In this document: positions 47,609 through 59,883 of the stretch, one piece after another | Position numbering within the stretch: position 1 is the first letter of the stretch | Layout of the letters: every line of letters starts with the position of its first letter | Assembly (NCBI GenBank): GCA_011109175.1 | Contig: RDEW01000061.1 | Location: forward strand, 62,001-126,000 | Direction of reading: 5' to 3' | DNA: 64,000 nucleotides | Origin: Dicyema japonicum | Lineage: Eukaryota > Animalia > Dicyemida | The notes under the pieces: model-generated | What the model was told of the DNA's origin: nothing | Seen by the model: the letters and a program-made list of their open reading frames with translations, nothing else | The model's database searches: none | Translations under genes and position numbers: made by a program

Positions 47609-47979
47609 ATTTGTTTGATTTTTATTAATTAACTTTGTTGGGTAATGTTGTTAGCTCATTCTATTTTTAATAAATAAATTAAATTATTAGGCTTTTATTA
47701 GCGAATTATCCAAATGTTGAATCTGCTCATATTCCTATGAAAAATAACTTAGATCACTTGAGGCTAAAATAAGTGTACCTTCGTATTTTTGTCATTTAGC
47801 TTTTCTTTAATAGTCATTCTCCTTTAACTTTTGTCTGATGAACTTTCAATCAGAAAAACAAATTTTTTATCGCTAAGTACCAACGTTCTAAAAAATTATT
47901 CATAAAACAAATTCGATCCAAATTTTCTTATGACTATCTAAATGTTATTTTATTCAAACTTGTAAATGTGGAAGAATGG

Positions 47980-48075
47980 TCAACACGAAAGGTCTTTACG
48001 CTCTCTCCTGCCGGAGGAGTGCTGGAAGGAGTCATAAACACGCCACAATCAATGGAACTATTGCTTGGGGACTTA
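47980..48075 (+). mobile_element. Short CRE fragment
   Basis: KGLYALSCRRSAGRSHKHATINGTIAWGL, compare KGLHALSCRRSAGRSLRHSAINKVIAWGL at 22.6 kb. Confidence 0.75.
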
Positions 48076-48759
48076 AATATTACACCACATGGTATGATTA
48101 ATTCGACTAATCTAAAAGAATATAATTAAATAAACATAGAAGGAAGTTTGTAGTAAACAACTAATTACGTGTATCCAGTTTTAACGGTCGCAGAATCAAA
48201 GACCTTTCAATATTACACAAATTTATATAAAAAAAAAACTAGCGGAAGAAAAAAAACGTCCAGTCCATGCCATTATGAGAGCCCATCAAGTAAATTGGAA
48301 AAAGCAAATAATCATTTTTTGTGCCAGCGAGAGACTAGGTGCCGCAGGTTAATCACATGACATCATTCTAGTTCAATTAAGAAGAGAAGGAACAGATAAA
48401 AGTAAGAGAAATCTTTAACCAAACAACCAGTGGGGGAGTGGAACCTGCTAAGGATTTATGTTTTGTTTATTACAGTTCATGCTAAATCAAAATTAGTAGG
48501 GCAACCGAAAAGTTGCCCTTAAAATCAAAAAATAACCTTAAAAAATCAATTAAATTGTCTTAAAAATTAAATTGTTGACCTAATGGTATAATAAAAAGTT
48601 GACCTAAAAATGAAAAGTTAATTTAATATTTATTTGTTAAAACACAAAATTAGATTAAATTTACAATTTCCGGTAAGAGGTAGTTTGTTGGTGAGGTAAT
48701 GACGTGCCTCGTTTCTTCTCTGTACATCGGATAAGAAAAATGTCTAGAAAGCAGAGATA

Positions 48760-51480
48760 CAAAAGAAAATGCTTGCCCTAAAGTTTCTTACATTCAATGC
48801 TAGAGGAATATCTAAGCCTCAGTCAAGAAATACTCTCTGTGATGACGTTTCTATTGGCTGTATACAAGAGACGAAAATTACGTACTATCTCGATGAAAAC
48901 CACTGAAGATATCGTTTAATATGTCTACCCAGTGACTCAAAACACTATGGTCTTGGATTCGCCATTCACAGAAAACTATCATCTGACATCAGTCGCATTT
49001 GGCGGGTGAATGACAGGATCTGCGTAATACAGATCCACTTGAACAATCAATGTTCCCCTAAAAATACACTAACGATTATAAATGTATATGCACCACACTG
49101 TGGAAGAGTGGCAAAAAACCCGACCGAACTGGATGAATTCTACTCAGCATTATCAAAGACGTATAATGAATATGAGTCGTCCTCACTTATATTCATTGCT
49201 GGCGATCTGAATGCGAAAATCGGAACAAAAAAGAACTCAGAAGATACCTTCATGGGAAGACACGGACGTGGGAAAAGAAACTTGCCTGGGACCATACTTG
49301 GCCATTTCTGCACGGCAAACAAACTGTTCTTGTGCAACACCGCATTCTCTCATCGTGCATGCCACATAACCACTTGGATGGGCGAACGAAGAAACCCAGA
49401 AGGAAAAATAGTCCCTATATACAACCAAATTGATTATATTATATGCCGGATCAATGACAAACGCTCTCTTATAAACGCACGCTTATACGAAGGTTCAACA
49501 ACTGTCAGCGATCACAGAATGGTTATTGTCACCTTCAGCCTGGCGAAACATGGTATCAAACATATGAAACATAATAACATTACAAACAATAATAATGAGA
49601 ATACAAGAAATGGATACGCAACGGGAAAACTGATCTCTAATCCAGACACAGTCAAAAGTTACCAAAAACACATCTGCTCTTATCTGAAGGACCAAACAGT
49701 AGGAATTTCGTGGGATCACACGAAGTATATAATAAACGAAGCAGCAAGCCAGTACCTCGGCACGCGGGAGATGGCCAGTAAGGGTCTGACGACACATACA
49801 GAACTAGTAAAGGAATTAGCAAAGGAGTTAAAGGAAATTCATAAAAAAAACTAATCGAAAAAGACTATAACATGAAAAAAGTCATTCAGGGGCAGAGGGA
49901 CCAAATCCGTAGAAAAATCAGGAGACTGAACAAGACACTTCACCAAGAAGAACTTCTTCGCAAAATCAATAAAGTATCCAAACTAAAGGATAACCTCGTT
50001 TACTACGCCACACAAACCGGAAGGAACGAATAATCATCAAAGACAAAAATGGCAAGACATTACTGAATATTGAAGAGCAAGCGGAGGTAATTGCAACACA
50101 TTTTGAGAAACTTTTTAATGTGGCTACATCAATCCCCCATTCAAAGGAAAGCCTAGACCTTAAAAGAACCAATTTCAATTTTGGAAGTAAAAACAGCATG
50201 TCAAAAACTAAAAAATAACAGAAGCCCTGGACCAGATACGATAAACCCAGAATTACTGAAATACGGCCTGACCCCCTTTTTGAAAAAATCGCTACACTAC
50301 TAAATGAAATGTTTTCAACTAACTCAACTTGCCCCTGGGAACGGAATTACTAATACCTATACAAAAACCCAATAAACCCAAAGGACCGGTTGAAAACTTA
50401 CGACCAATTATATTATCAAATTCTCTACGGAAAGTCTTAGCTAACATTGTATTGGAACGAATAAAAGGACCCGCCTATGACTACCTACCCGAAAGTCAAA
50501 GTGGGTTCAGAGAAGGAAGATCAACAGCTGATGCAGTCTGGAGTCACAGATGGAGATGTGCAACACATCAAAGATGTTGCAATGCCACCTACATTCTGGG
50601 AATAGATCTATCAAAAACCTTTGACTCGTTTAACAGGAACAAATTTATGATAGTGCTGGAAAGGTTTATTGACGAATCGAGTCTAAGAATGATCCAAATC
50701 CTTCTATCTAACACAGAGCTCCTTGTGAGAGTTGGTAAAACCTACTCAAGAAGATTTGAAACAAACACAGGCACTTCTCAAGGAGACTTTTTCTCTCCGC
50801 TACTATTTACAATATAATTGGAGGCTGCTATGTGGGAACTGAGACCATTATATCAAGGAAAAATAGAAGTGATTTATGCTGATGATGTCGACCTAATCTC
50901 TGAAGACAAAGAACTCCTGGAACATGTACTAGTAAAAGCACCAGATATACTTGAGAAATGGTTTCTCACCGTGAACAGGGAAAAAACAGAACGGACAGAA
51001 ATAAGAAGAATGAATAACTCACTCGAAGAAAAATGGAGACACATAAAGAAACTTGGCTCTCTACTAGGAGATAGCGAAGACATCATACGGAGAAAAACAT
51101 TGGCAAATGCGGCATTACAAAGGCTTAAAAATCTTTGGCTAAAACGGAAAGGATATAACATAAAACAAAGGATTATGTTATACGACACTTTCATCAAACC
51201 AATTCTACTATACAACTCTGGGACTTGGGCCACCTCTAAAGAGGAATTGGAGAGGCTAGACTCATTTCACAGGAATCATCTAAGAAACATAACTGGAATG
51301 TCCTGGCCATCCAAGATCTCGTGGAATGGACTGTACAATAAGTGTGACTGTGTACCATTAAGCCACGAGATCATTAGCTCTCGGTGGAGACTTCATGGAC
51401 ACGTCCTGAGGTTGGACCCGATATCCCATCCGAATGTCGCAATGGAAGATTACTACTCCTCCAATGTAATGTCCTAACTT
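48760..51480 (+). mobile_element. RTE LINE, near-complete APE-RT ORF with stops/frameshifts, 3' end lost
   Basis: TFNARG, GCIQETK, INVYAPH, AGDLNAKIG, NQIDYI, SDHRMV; SPGPD, QSGFREGRST, DLSKTFDS, QGDFFSPLLF, YADD, RWRLHGHVLR. Confidence 0.95.
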
Positions 51481-51539
51481 TAAGGATGTCAAACATCTAC
51501 TTTTCTAAAATAATGTTAAATAAAAGTATAATTGAAAGT

Positions 51540-52110
51540 TGCTCAGGTGATGGAAGCTAAGAGCACGACTTGTCTCTAAGGAGAAAGTGCCCAGAACGAT
51601 CTTCCACTGGGAGAATTGTAGATTCCAGCGGAGAAGAGTGTGTTGCATCCAATAATTGTTCGAAGAGCTCAATTTAGGACTCTTTTAAGTTTTTGGATGT
51701 TGCAGGCTGCGAGGGATGAAATTTAAGATGAGCTCACGTAATTCAAGATGATCTTGATATATTCCTGTAGACTGTTCTGAGGGTTTTTCTTTTGATCAGG
51801 CCACCACGGCGAATGGCGTTCATTTTTTTGGTTTGCAACCACGTGGTCCACATGGGAGAAGAATGTAAGGCATTGGCCGTAGATTATTTCCAGGATTTTA
51901 AGTGTTTTTGAGACAAGGAAGACTTCCCCTGAAAATTTTCATTCTTGTTTTGTGTTTAGCTGGAGTCGGTCGGAAGTGTATACAGTGACGCTGAACTTGG
52001 AAGGGGAGGAGAGGTGATTAGTTAATAACCAAGGCTTTAGAGAATCCAGAAGGTATCAAATCATCCGCATAGGATAGGACTCCAGCCCGGGTATGCTAAT
52101 CAGATGGAGT
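51540..52110 (-). mobile_element. APE-LINE RT fragment
   Basis: GVLSYADDL followed by thumb-region remnants on minus strand. Confidence 0.6.
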
Positions 52111-52900
52111 TAGTTTTATTTATCTACTTCCGATCCCTTCGAGTGAAAAAAACCGGTGGTTAACAAGAACGGTCCTAGAGATCCGACAGGTGTAATTGGT
52201 TCTGTGCAGAACTTGGAGATGGACCCGGACAAGAGAAGAGGTGACCTGTCTACTGATCGTCAAAAAAACATGATGGACATAGTGCCGAAGTGGTTGTATA
52301 AACCTAATATACAGATATGAATGTAAATCTATATGATGACCACAACGCAATGGCACAAAGTTGGCACGAACTACCTGTGATAGTGAAGTTGATATCAAGT
52401 CATGGATCGTTTTCTGTCACGACTGAGAGGGCCCATTCTATTGGATGGTTTTTAGAAACCGAATTTGATCATCAAGAGTAGAAATAATTTACCTATTTTG
52501 TGGAGACCCAATAGTTGTGAGCTGTATGTCCCGAAGTTTTACATTAATAAGAAATTGTAGACAAAGTATCATGAAATGGTCTCTAATTGGGAAAAATTTT
52601 AAATCCCAGTGTATGTGGTCAGTTGGTGTGGTTTTTAGACGTCCGGAAATTATTATTAGAACAGAGTTTTGAATCATTTATGTCTTTCGATGTTTTTTAT
52701 TGATAAACAAGGATCCCAGGCATCTTTGATCTGTTAAATTATTTAATCGTCGAACTCTCTTTACTCTGGTCTAATGACCTACCATAAGGGAAATAGGACG
52801 ATAAGAAGAATGTAAGAAGAAACGCGGTTAGGCTCAAAATAATGATTGTGGATTTCTTCTAGATCATAGATACTGATGCGTGATTAATTGAGTGTTCGAT
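52110..52900 (-). mobile_element. Ingi/Vingi-like LINE 3' part
   Basis: QNSVL..ISGRLKTTPTDHIH, LRCGHH, CPSC...TGHLFSCP (CCHC knuckle), LSDL*D. Confidence 0.75.
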
Positions 52901-53109
52901 TAAATCGATTAAAACAAAAAGTCATTTCAGATGGTGTATGGAAAGACCATCCGCTCTCTTGCATTAGAGCTTCGAGAGTTACTAACTAGTTGAGCAATTA
53001 GAAGATTGTGGAATAATTAAAAGATCTGTTGACTACAGAGTGTGAGGTCTCTTATTGTGGAGTACTTTCAAAGTAGGAAGGTGGCTTATTTTAGCATAAT
53101 GATTATTAA

Positions 53110-53800
53110 TAAAAAACGGAAAGGGTGGAGTTAATTAGTTAGCTACTCAGATGGAGGTTGAATGAATAATAAAAAAGTAGAACAAATAGATAATAGTTAT
53201 GACTAGACTAAACTAACACATCCTTCTTCTTTTACGAGGATCTTCACCAGCCATGTTTTCTTTAGCACCACAATTTGAATATAAACTCTTATTGGCACAT
53301 CAATCGACAAACTTTCAAATGATTTCTGTAGCACTCGGAGATAATCCCGTCCCAGGTCAAAACCACAGGGATAATTATCACAGGAGCATCATATAGAATG
53401 CTCAATTCTCCAGCGAGCGAGCCATATTTGTATAGCTTTTTCACCTCTGTATGCTTAAGTGCTTCTTGTGAAGTGATTCCAACTTCTATGTTAATTGTGC
53501 TGCACTTCGGTTTAGAAGTGTCTACTCGGATTTCCACCCTCTGCGTCGTAACAATTGATCGAACTGATGTGTTTTTAGACGTATAGATTTCTTGATGTCA
53601 TACATTCTACATAAATTCAGGTGAATGCATCTAAAAACTTCGTTATGCCTCCTCGAATAGTCACTATTGAGCATTCTGCTAAAACGTTTAGCCAAATGAT
53701 CCACTGATTTCTTAGCCTTCTTGCAATGACTATAAACTGAATCATTTATAAAATAAAACAAGTTCATGTGATGATAGTACATGCACTCCAATCACGGGCT
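53110..53800 (-). mobile_element. R4/NeSL-like REL LINE 3' fragment
   Basis: SVDHLA, YSRRHNEVFRCIHL, EIRVDT, IEVGITS, EVKKLYKY, IIPVVLTWDG; its 3' UTR motif recurs at 59739-59785. Confidence 0.75.
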
Positions 53801-53872
53801 ATTATTTTCACTGGTTAAGAGTGAAGCGGCTTTATAGAATCAATCAAAACTTTATCTTGACTTTCTCTGATT

Positions 53873-56733
53873 ATTATTATTACCTCCAGGATCACTGGGT
53901 CAAAGAGAAAGAAATAAAAAGTTCTCAACTTACTAAATGATCCCAGACCGACAAGGAAGAGGACGAGTCCGGTTGGGTTGAGAATACTGAACAGCTCTTC
54001 TCAATGGACATGGCATCGGCTCAAAATTCCTGTATGATTGTAGATATTTCGATAGTGTATGGAATAGAGGGCAGCTCGGTAAACTAGCCTTTAAGAGTTT
54101 CCGTTGTAATTCGATTAAGAGATTTTCAATGGGCTGAATTTTGTGCTATGGTCCAATAATCCTTATTGCGGTCTCCTCGATTGAGGATAGTTTTAATGAG
54201 GAGGATCGTGAAATCTGCATTGCCCATGAAGCACTTCATACGTCATCGTGGTCGGATAAATTGTTCATAAATCGTGGCAAGGCACCAGTTTGTCTCTAAG
54301 TGTTTTTGAAGCACTTTTAAAATTCTCATTTTCCTCAAGCACAAGTTACTATGTTCTCAACATGTCGGATAAAGGTGAGTCCCCGATCAAAGGTGACTCC
54401 CAGAATCTTCGGTGTTTTGTTAATAGGAATAGCCTCGTTCTTCATAAAGATTTTTGGTTAGACATAGAACTTTCTTTGTAAGTGGTAAACAGCGTGACAG
54501 AGGGCTTTGTTGCTGATGCGTCGAGTATCGGCTTCTAGAGCAATTGTTTGAGCATGTCAAGCATTTGTTGACCGGACTGAGTCGGTGATTGAATGCTTTT
54601 GTCCATGGAGAAAAGAATGATATTGCCGGCATAGAAGAGGATTAGTCAGTTTTCATTACAGGTTTGTTGCATGTCGTTTATGTAAATATTGAAAAGGTGG
54701 TGATAGTGGAGATCCTTAAGGGACTCCATTTGGTATGAGACGGGATTTTAACTTTATATTATTGCAAAACACTTGTCCACGTCTCCCACTTAAGAAGTTG
54801 GCAATCCATAGTTTTATGTTTGGGTGGATGCATGCATCGTAAATTTTCTCAATAAGGAGTTTTCTTGAGACTGTGTCGAAAGCCTTTGTTATATTAACAG
54901 AGACCAAGACTGTTATTTAGTGTGATTTAGTCGAATTGAATCCCTCTGCAATGAACTGGCACAGGGACGTTAAGTGTGTTGCTGTGGAGAGTTTAGCCCG
55001 GAATCCATATTGGAAGGGAGAGAGCGGGATGTAGTTTTTGATATTTCCAAGAACTAATCTTTCGAGTATTCGGGAGAATGAACATAGGATCGAGATTGGT
55101 CTGTAGGAAGAGGGTCATTTTCGGATTTCCTGGCTTCAAGATTGGTTTGATGTATGATCTTATCTAGACATCCGGAACAGTGTTTACATTCATTGACATT
55201 GTGAATATATAAGCAATTAAATCTAAATCAAAAGGTCCTATATGCTTTAGTTCCGTTGTAGAAATATTGTCTAGTCCTCGGACTTTCGAGTTTTGGGCCT
55301 TTGATATTGCCATGGAGTCCTTTTCCGTTAATATGGTTTACATTTACGATCCTTTCGGTTTTATTCTGTTTAAGAGTACTTGGTGTCTTTGGAATGGTTT
55401 TTATGTACTATGGAAACATAGTATTTCATTAAGATGTTTGGTTGCAATGATATCCCATTTTGCGGTTCATCAAAAGAACTTTTGATAGACTTGATTTTGT
55501 TCTAGACCTTCAGTAATGACGGATTTTCTGTTAGGGATTTTGATAGTTCTGTCGAGCGTTTCTCGTTTGTTTTACTGATATATTTGTTAATCTCCTTGTT
55601 TAGTGTACGGATTCTTATTATATCCTCCTTCGACGGTATGTTCATTTTTCTTTCAATAGTTTCTTTCTTTGACTAAATGTTTGGCTGTTGAATTGAATCG
55701 CATGTTTATCGGTTGTCTTCCCATTGGAATATATAATTTGTTAGCTTCTTGAATAAACTGCTTTATAATGTTGTTTAGTGAAGAGAACTGCTTTATAATG
55801 TTGTTTAGTGATGAGGCAGCATGTAGTTTTGATAACTTGATCTGCATGTCAATAGCTCGCAAATCTTGGCCAGTCAGCAAGGTTATAATTTATCAAAGTA
55901 TGGAGTGACCTTAGATAATTTGATCTTGTTTTTATTTGTAAAATGATCGGATTATGATCACTCATTGTTTCGTATTTCACGCTCCATGAAATTGAAGAAG
56001 CCAGAAGGGGATACGCGATTGAAACGTCAGGGGATGACGATTTATTATTTTGTCTTGAGGGGGTTCTTGTGTGAAAGTTAGGATGCAAAAGCTTCCCAAG
56101 TCTTCGATTACCATGTCTCCCCGCCTGTTTGACGTCTGACCTCTCAGCCAGAGTGGGTGTTTTGTATTTAGGTCACCGCAAAGAAGAACGTTCCTTAGTG
56201 AGCTGATCGACGAAAGTTTTGGGCAAGTGGCTGATGATTAAGGAAGTAGATATGAATTGATCAGAGTAATACGTAACCTTGGGAGTTGGATTTTTGTGGC
56301 CAAAATTTCGATACTTTCATGGTTTTGGAGAAGATTGTAGGCGTATTTGGTGATATCTTCATCAGGGATCCCGTTTCGTATGATAGTTAGTAAGCCTCCC
56401 CCAAGTTTTCCACATCTATCTCTGCGGATAATCGAGTATCCAGGAAATTTTGGAATTGTGTTCCCACTTGAGTTTGTATCCTTATAATAGAAGGACATCA
56501 ATTCTATATTTTTCCATAAAATTTCTGAGTTCGATAATCTTACATTTGATCCCGTTTATATTTATTTGCAAGATCTTTAGGGGCCGGGGTTCGATTCGAC
56601 GTCTCCACACAGAGACAGTCCGTCCTTGTCAGTCCATCCTTTTAGGATAGAAGCAGTGTAACTCTTTTCTTTAAAATGTCTCCAGATTGGTGAGTTACGT
56701 GACATTCAACCAACCACAAAGCACGTTGCACAA
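53873..56733 (-). mobile_element. Full-length, decayed Ingi/Vingi-like LINE (2.86 kb), TSD-flanked
   Basis: 10-bp TSD ttctctgatt at 53863-53872 and 56734-56743; 2A leader, APE (LKILQININGI, RRDRCGKLGGGLL, DHNPI), RT (YRPISIL, ITKAFDTV, NGVP, YADD decayed to YAGN), (TAA)n tail. Confidence 0.9.
56577..56705 (-). other. 42-aa leader ORF ending in a 2A (StopGo) motif
   Basis: MSRNSPIWRHFKEKSYTASILKGWTDKDGLSLCGDVESNPGP* read directly; matches D(V/I)ExNPGP. Confidence 0.9.
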
Positions 56734-56871
56734 TTCTCTGATTTATTTTTTATATTTCTTGAGTTAGATCCATTTACATTTTTATATAATTATTGATTTC
56801 ATCAAAAGTTAATATTAATATATTAAACATAATTTAAATATTTTTAATAAATTGTTGTGTTGAATTGATTA

Positions 56872-57237
56872 ATGGATAATCCTCCGCCTTATTCGCCCAA
56901 ACAAGAATATGCAAGCGCTCCATATCCACAGGGGCCGACTGTCACCACTCATTTTACAACCAACCCGAATGTGGCTTATGTGCAACCCCAGATTATCACA
57001 AATCCAAATGTTCTCTATGTACATCCCCCTCAAAGAATTGTTGCTGTCTCTCAAAATTATGGAACATGTAGGAATTGTGGAGTATTTAATAATGTAATAA
57101 ATTAGGTCGGCAGAATTGAGCCTTCCTTTACTTTGTTAGGAATCTATTTGGCTATATTCTTTTTTCCTTTTGGAGTCTTATGTTGTCTTTTGATGACTGA
57201 GAGGAGATGTTTACACTGTGGAGAATTTTATGGCTAA
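56872..57237 (+). CDS. BRI3: Brain protein I3-like membrane protein, copy A
   Basis: PPPY-rich N-terminus, CRNC, 24-nt intron, FTLLGIYLAIFFFPFGVLCCLLMTERRCLHCG. Confidence 0.85.
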
Positions 57238-57639
57238 TTTACTTACATTATTTCTATTAAAATTTTATTAACTTAAAAAAATATTTTATTATTCATCGAG
57301 TGCTGAGTGAGTATGATGATATAAATATGACTCCGACAAATATAGACCGACAATACGTGCGGAGTTCTAAGCTAGATCGTGTTCTAGATAATCTAGTGCT
57401 ACACGAGAGGTCATTGACGTAGGTCACATGCTTTCTTATAGGGTGCGATCATTCTTACAGATCTTTGCTACCAGCACTAGGGGAATAAGTCAGGTATCTA
57501 TAAGTTTTTAATAGAAAACGAATCATGTCATGTTAAAAATAGATGCAACATAATTCCTACACTAAGAATTAATTAGTAGGGCAATTTTTATAGCAGTTCA
57601 AATTTAAAATATAACACTTAAAAATAGCATTATTTTTTA

Positions 57640-58070
57640 TTTTAACCCAAGACCACGGTAAAACAAAACTAATTATCACGTGATCCCGATGCATTTTAAC
57701 AAAGACCTCATCTTTGTCCGTTGTTCTTCCTTCGTGCCCGCGCATGAACGTACAGGACGGCTGCTTGAATTTTCAGGGCCAATTTCCCGTGATCTGGAGT
57801 CAAGTCTCCAGAGGCGTAGGTCCGGGTCAATGATCTTCACAAATCCAACGCTCCGTTACTCTGTAAGCCCTCTTTTTCATTTCCTCAATTTTCCTCATAT
57901 TTGTCCAAGATATGGACGGACCCCACGAGGCGCATGCATATGAGAAACATGGCTCGATGTAATGTTTGTATGCGTTCATCAAGACTGGGTGAATACCACT
58001 CTTCCATATTCCCGATAAACTTTTCATTATAGTATTTATTATTATTAAAGCACTTTCACGAAAGCCATAA
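57640..58070 (-). mobile_element. Family X LINE 3' fragment
   Basis: YACASWGPSISWTNMRKIEEM, KMRSLLKCIGIT*; homologous to 42670-43015. Confidence 0.8.
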
Positions 58071-58074
58071 ATGA

Positions 58075-58314
58075 TTATAGCCCCGCATGTGCAACACTCA
58101 AAGAAACAATATTTATAGTTAGTCTTTTCCATTTTCCTCTGTCGAATGCGAGTGATCTCAATTCGTCCAGGTCGTCTCCCGTCTTTAAATTTTTTCTCAC
58201 AGGATTTAAGTCTTTGTTTAGGGCTGTCGGAAGTGTCGATCTAGGTCGTCCGCGGAAGGGTTTTTCGCATCTGTCAAAGTAATCTTCCATCGCTTTATAG
58301 TATTTATAAACCAC
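58075..58314 (-). mobile_element. RTE 3' fragment
   Basis: AMEDYF...FRGRPRSTLPTALNKDL...KTGDDLDELRSLAFDRGKWKRL. Confidence 0.85.
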
Positions 58315-59149
58315 AAATATATCATTTAAATTAACACTTAAAATTTTTCAATTTTTGAAAAAATAAACATTAATTAAAAAAGAAAACAATTAAATATTTT
58401 TAGTTAAGAGCCCAGGGTTGCGAAGGCGTTCCTTCCCTCTTATCATCGTCTGATTACTAATCATTTTTTAATATCTGGGAAACAATTTGATATTAAGGAT
58501 ATTGTGATGCACTATAAAATAAGTAGATTTTTGGAGTTCTAAAACTCATGTTTTATGACGCTCTTCGATATCTACTTTTTGCCGATAAGATAGAAAAAAC
58601 TTCAAAATAATGAAAACCGCCCCAGCAATAAGTTTTATAAATAATAAGGAAAATTAGATATGTTGATATTTATTCGCGTCATTACTAATAGCGTACGTTC
58701 ATATGGTTGGTATGCCAAAATATGTTGAAATAATATTTATGACTCTTTTACCGATAGCTTAAATGATAATAATTTCAAAAAGTGGAATCATCGGTTCATG
58801 GCGTACGAAACACTGATAACTATTTGTTAATGATCTCCGCAACACTACTCCATGCCCTCAAATTCTCATACCGCTAGTGGCTATTTTTGACTCGATGTAT
58901 ACTTATAATCCTGGTGAATTGATGTCATATGTTTGAAAGTCTGTCAAGAACCGTTTGAAAAAGCTTCCAGAGGCGGTTAGCTTTATTTTTCTACTTTTTT
59001 TACGTGCAAATTCGAAAAATAAATGTCTACTGCTGAACTAAAAAAACTTATTGCTATTTGACAACAGCCTTTCTGAAATAGTTTTCACTATATCAGTACA
59101 ATTCCTATCGTGAAAAGTTTTTTATCCAAATTGAGAAAAAAATGAAGAT

Positions 59150-59530
59150 ACCTCTATATCAGAGATCCCTACCTAAGAAAATTCCTCGAAAGTATGTAAA
59201 TTGTGAGAGTATTGAACAATTAAATAGAGTTTTGGGAAAACACACTGTCTCGATTCCTTCGAACAATCTGGATGACATATCGACCTTATTATATGCTTCT
59301 CAATGTGCTTATGACTTATAAACAAAATTACGAATCGAAATGAAAGATCCAAAATTGTAACGAAAAAAGGTAAAAACTCTTGTCTGAATTTTGTCGAATG
59401 TCGTCAATGGAGAAGTAATAAAAAAGTGTATGACCTATTGTTATACAGCTAAATTAAACGAAAAAAGATGAATATCAGTCGATTTACTATTATTGAAGAT
59501 CAGATTAAAATTGTGAGTAAAACACTTGAA
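59150..59530 (+). mobile_element. Probable N-terminal fragment of R4/NeSL-like LINE
   Basis: KKIPRKYVN...LNRVLG...DDISTLLYASQCAY resembles the N-terminal region of this family as recalled; decayed. Confidence 0.4.
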
Positions 59531-59883
59531 ATTTTATTTTAACATTATTTTAGAAAAGTAGATGTTTGACATCCTTAAAGTTAGGACCTTCCACGCTATC
59601 CCTATTTTCGTTTTTATCGATTATATCATTATAAAACTATTTAGAAAATTAATTTTTTCGACATCATTAACTTAGGTACCTGCCAATGTGATTCATATAC
59701 TTTTTTGCATAATAACCACTTAATAAGTTGACCTGGTCACGGAAGGGGTGGAGTTAGCATTCAGGTTGAATGAATAATAAAAAATTTCACTTTTGTATAA
59801 TTATTTATTTCATCAAAGGTGGAGTTGAATAAATAATGAAACATTATTTAAATATTTTTAATAAATTGTGTGTCGATTGATTA

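Larger units (their letters stand above)
57577..59100. mobile_element. DNA-transposon relic family D, interrupted by LINE fragments
   Basis: Same left end as 21075; homology with the 21 kb copy resumes at ~58312 after the nested LINEs. Right end not found. Confidence 0.45.

Noticed and set aside
48660-48760. HDV-like ribozyme at the RTE 5' end
   Set aside because: Only a simple GAGGUA/UGCCUC hairpin is visible; I could not build the nested double pseudoknot. An RNArobo/Infernal search would be decisive.
55755-55815. Direct repeat aactgctttataatgttgtttagtga x2 as a CRISPR-like unit
   Set aside because: Only two adjacent units inside a LINE, a local tandem duplication; eukaryotic context with no cas genes.
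57290-57530. Conserved non-coding RNA downstream of both BRI3 copies
   Set aside because: Plus-strand translation gives NIDRLYVLRSKQGRGL, a hallmark of R4/NeSL RT thumbs; it is a co-duplicated TE remnant.
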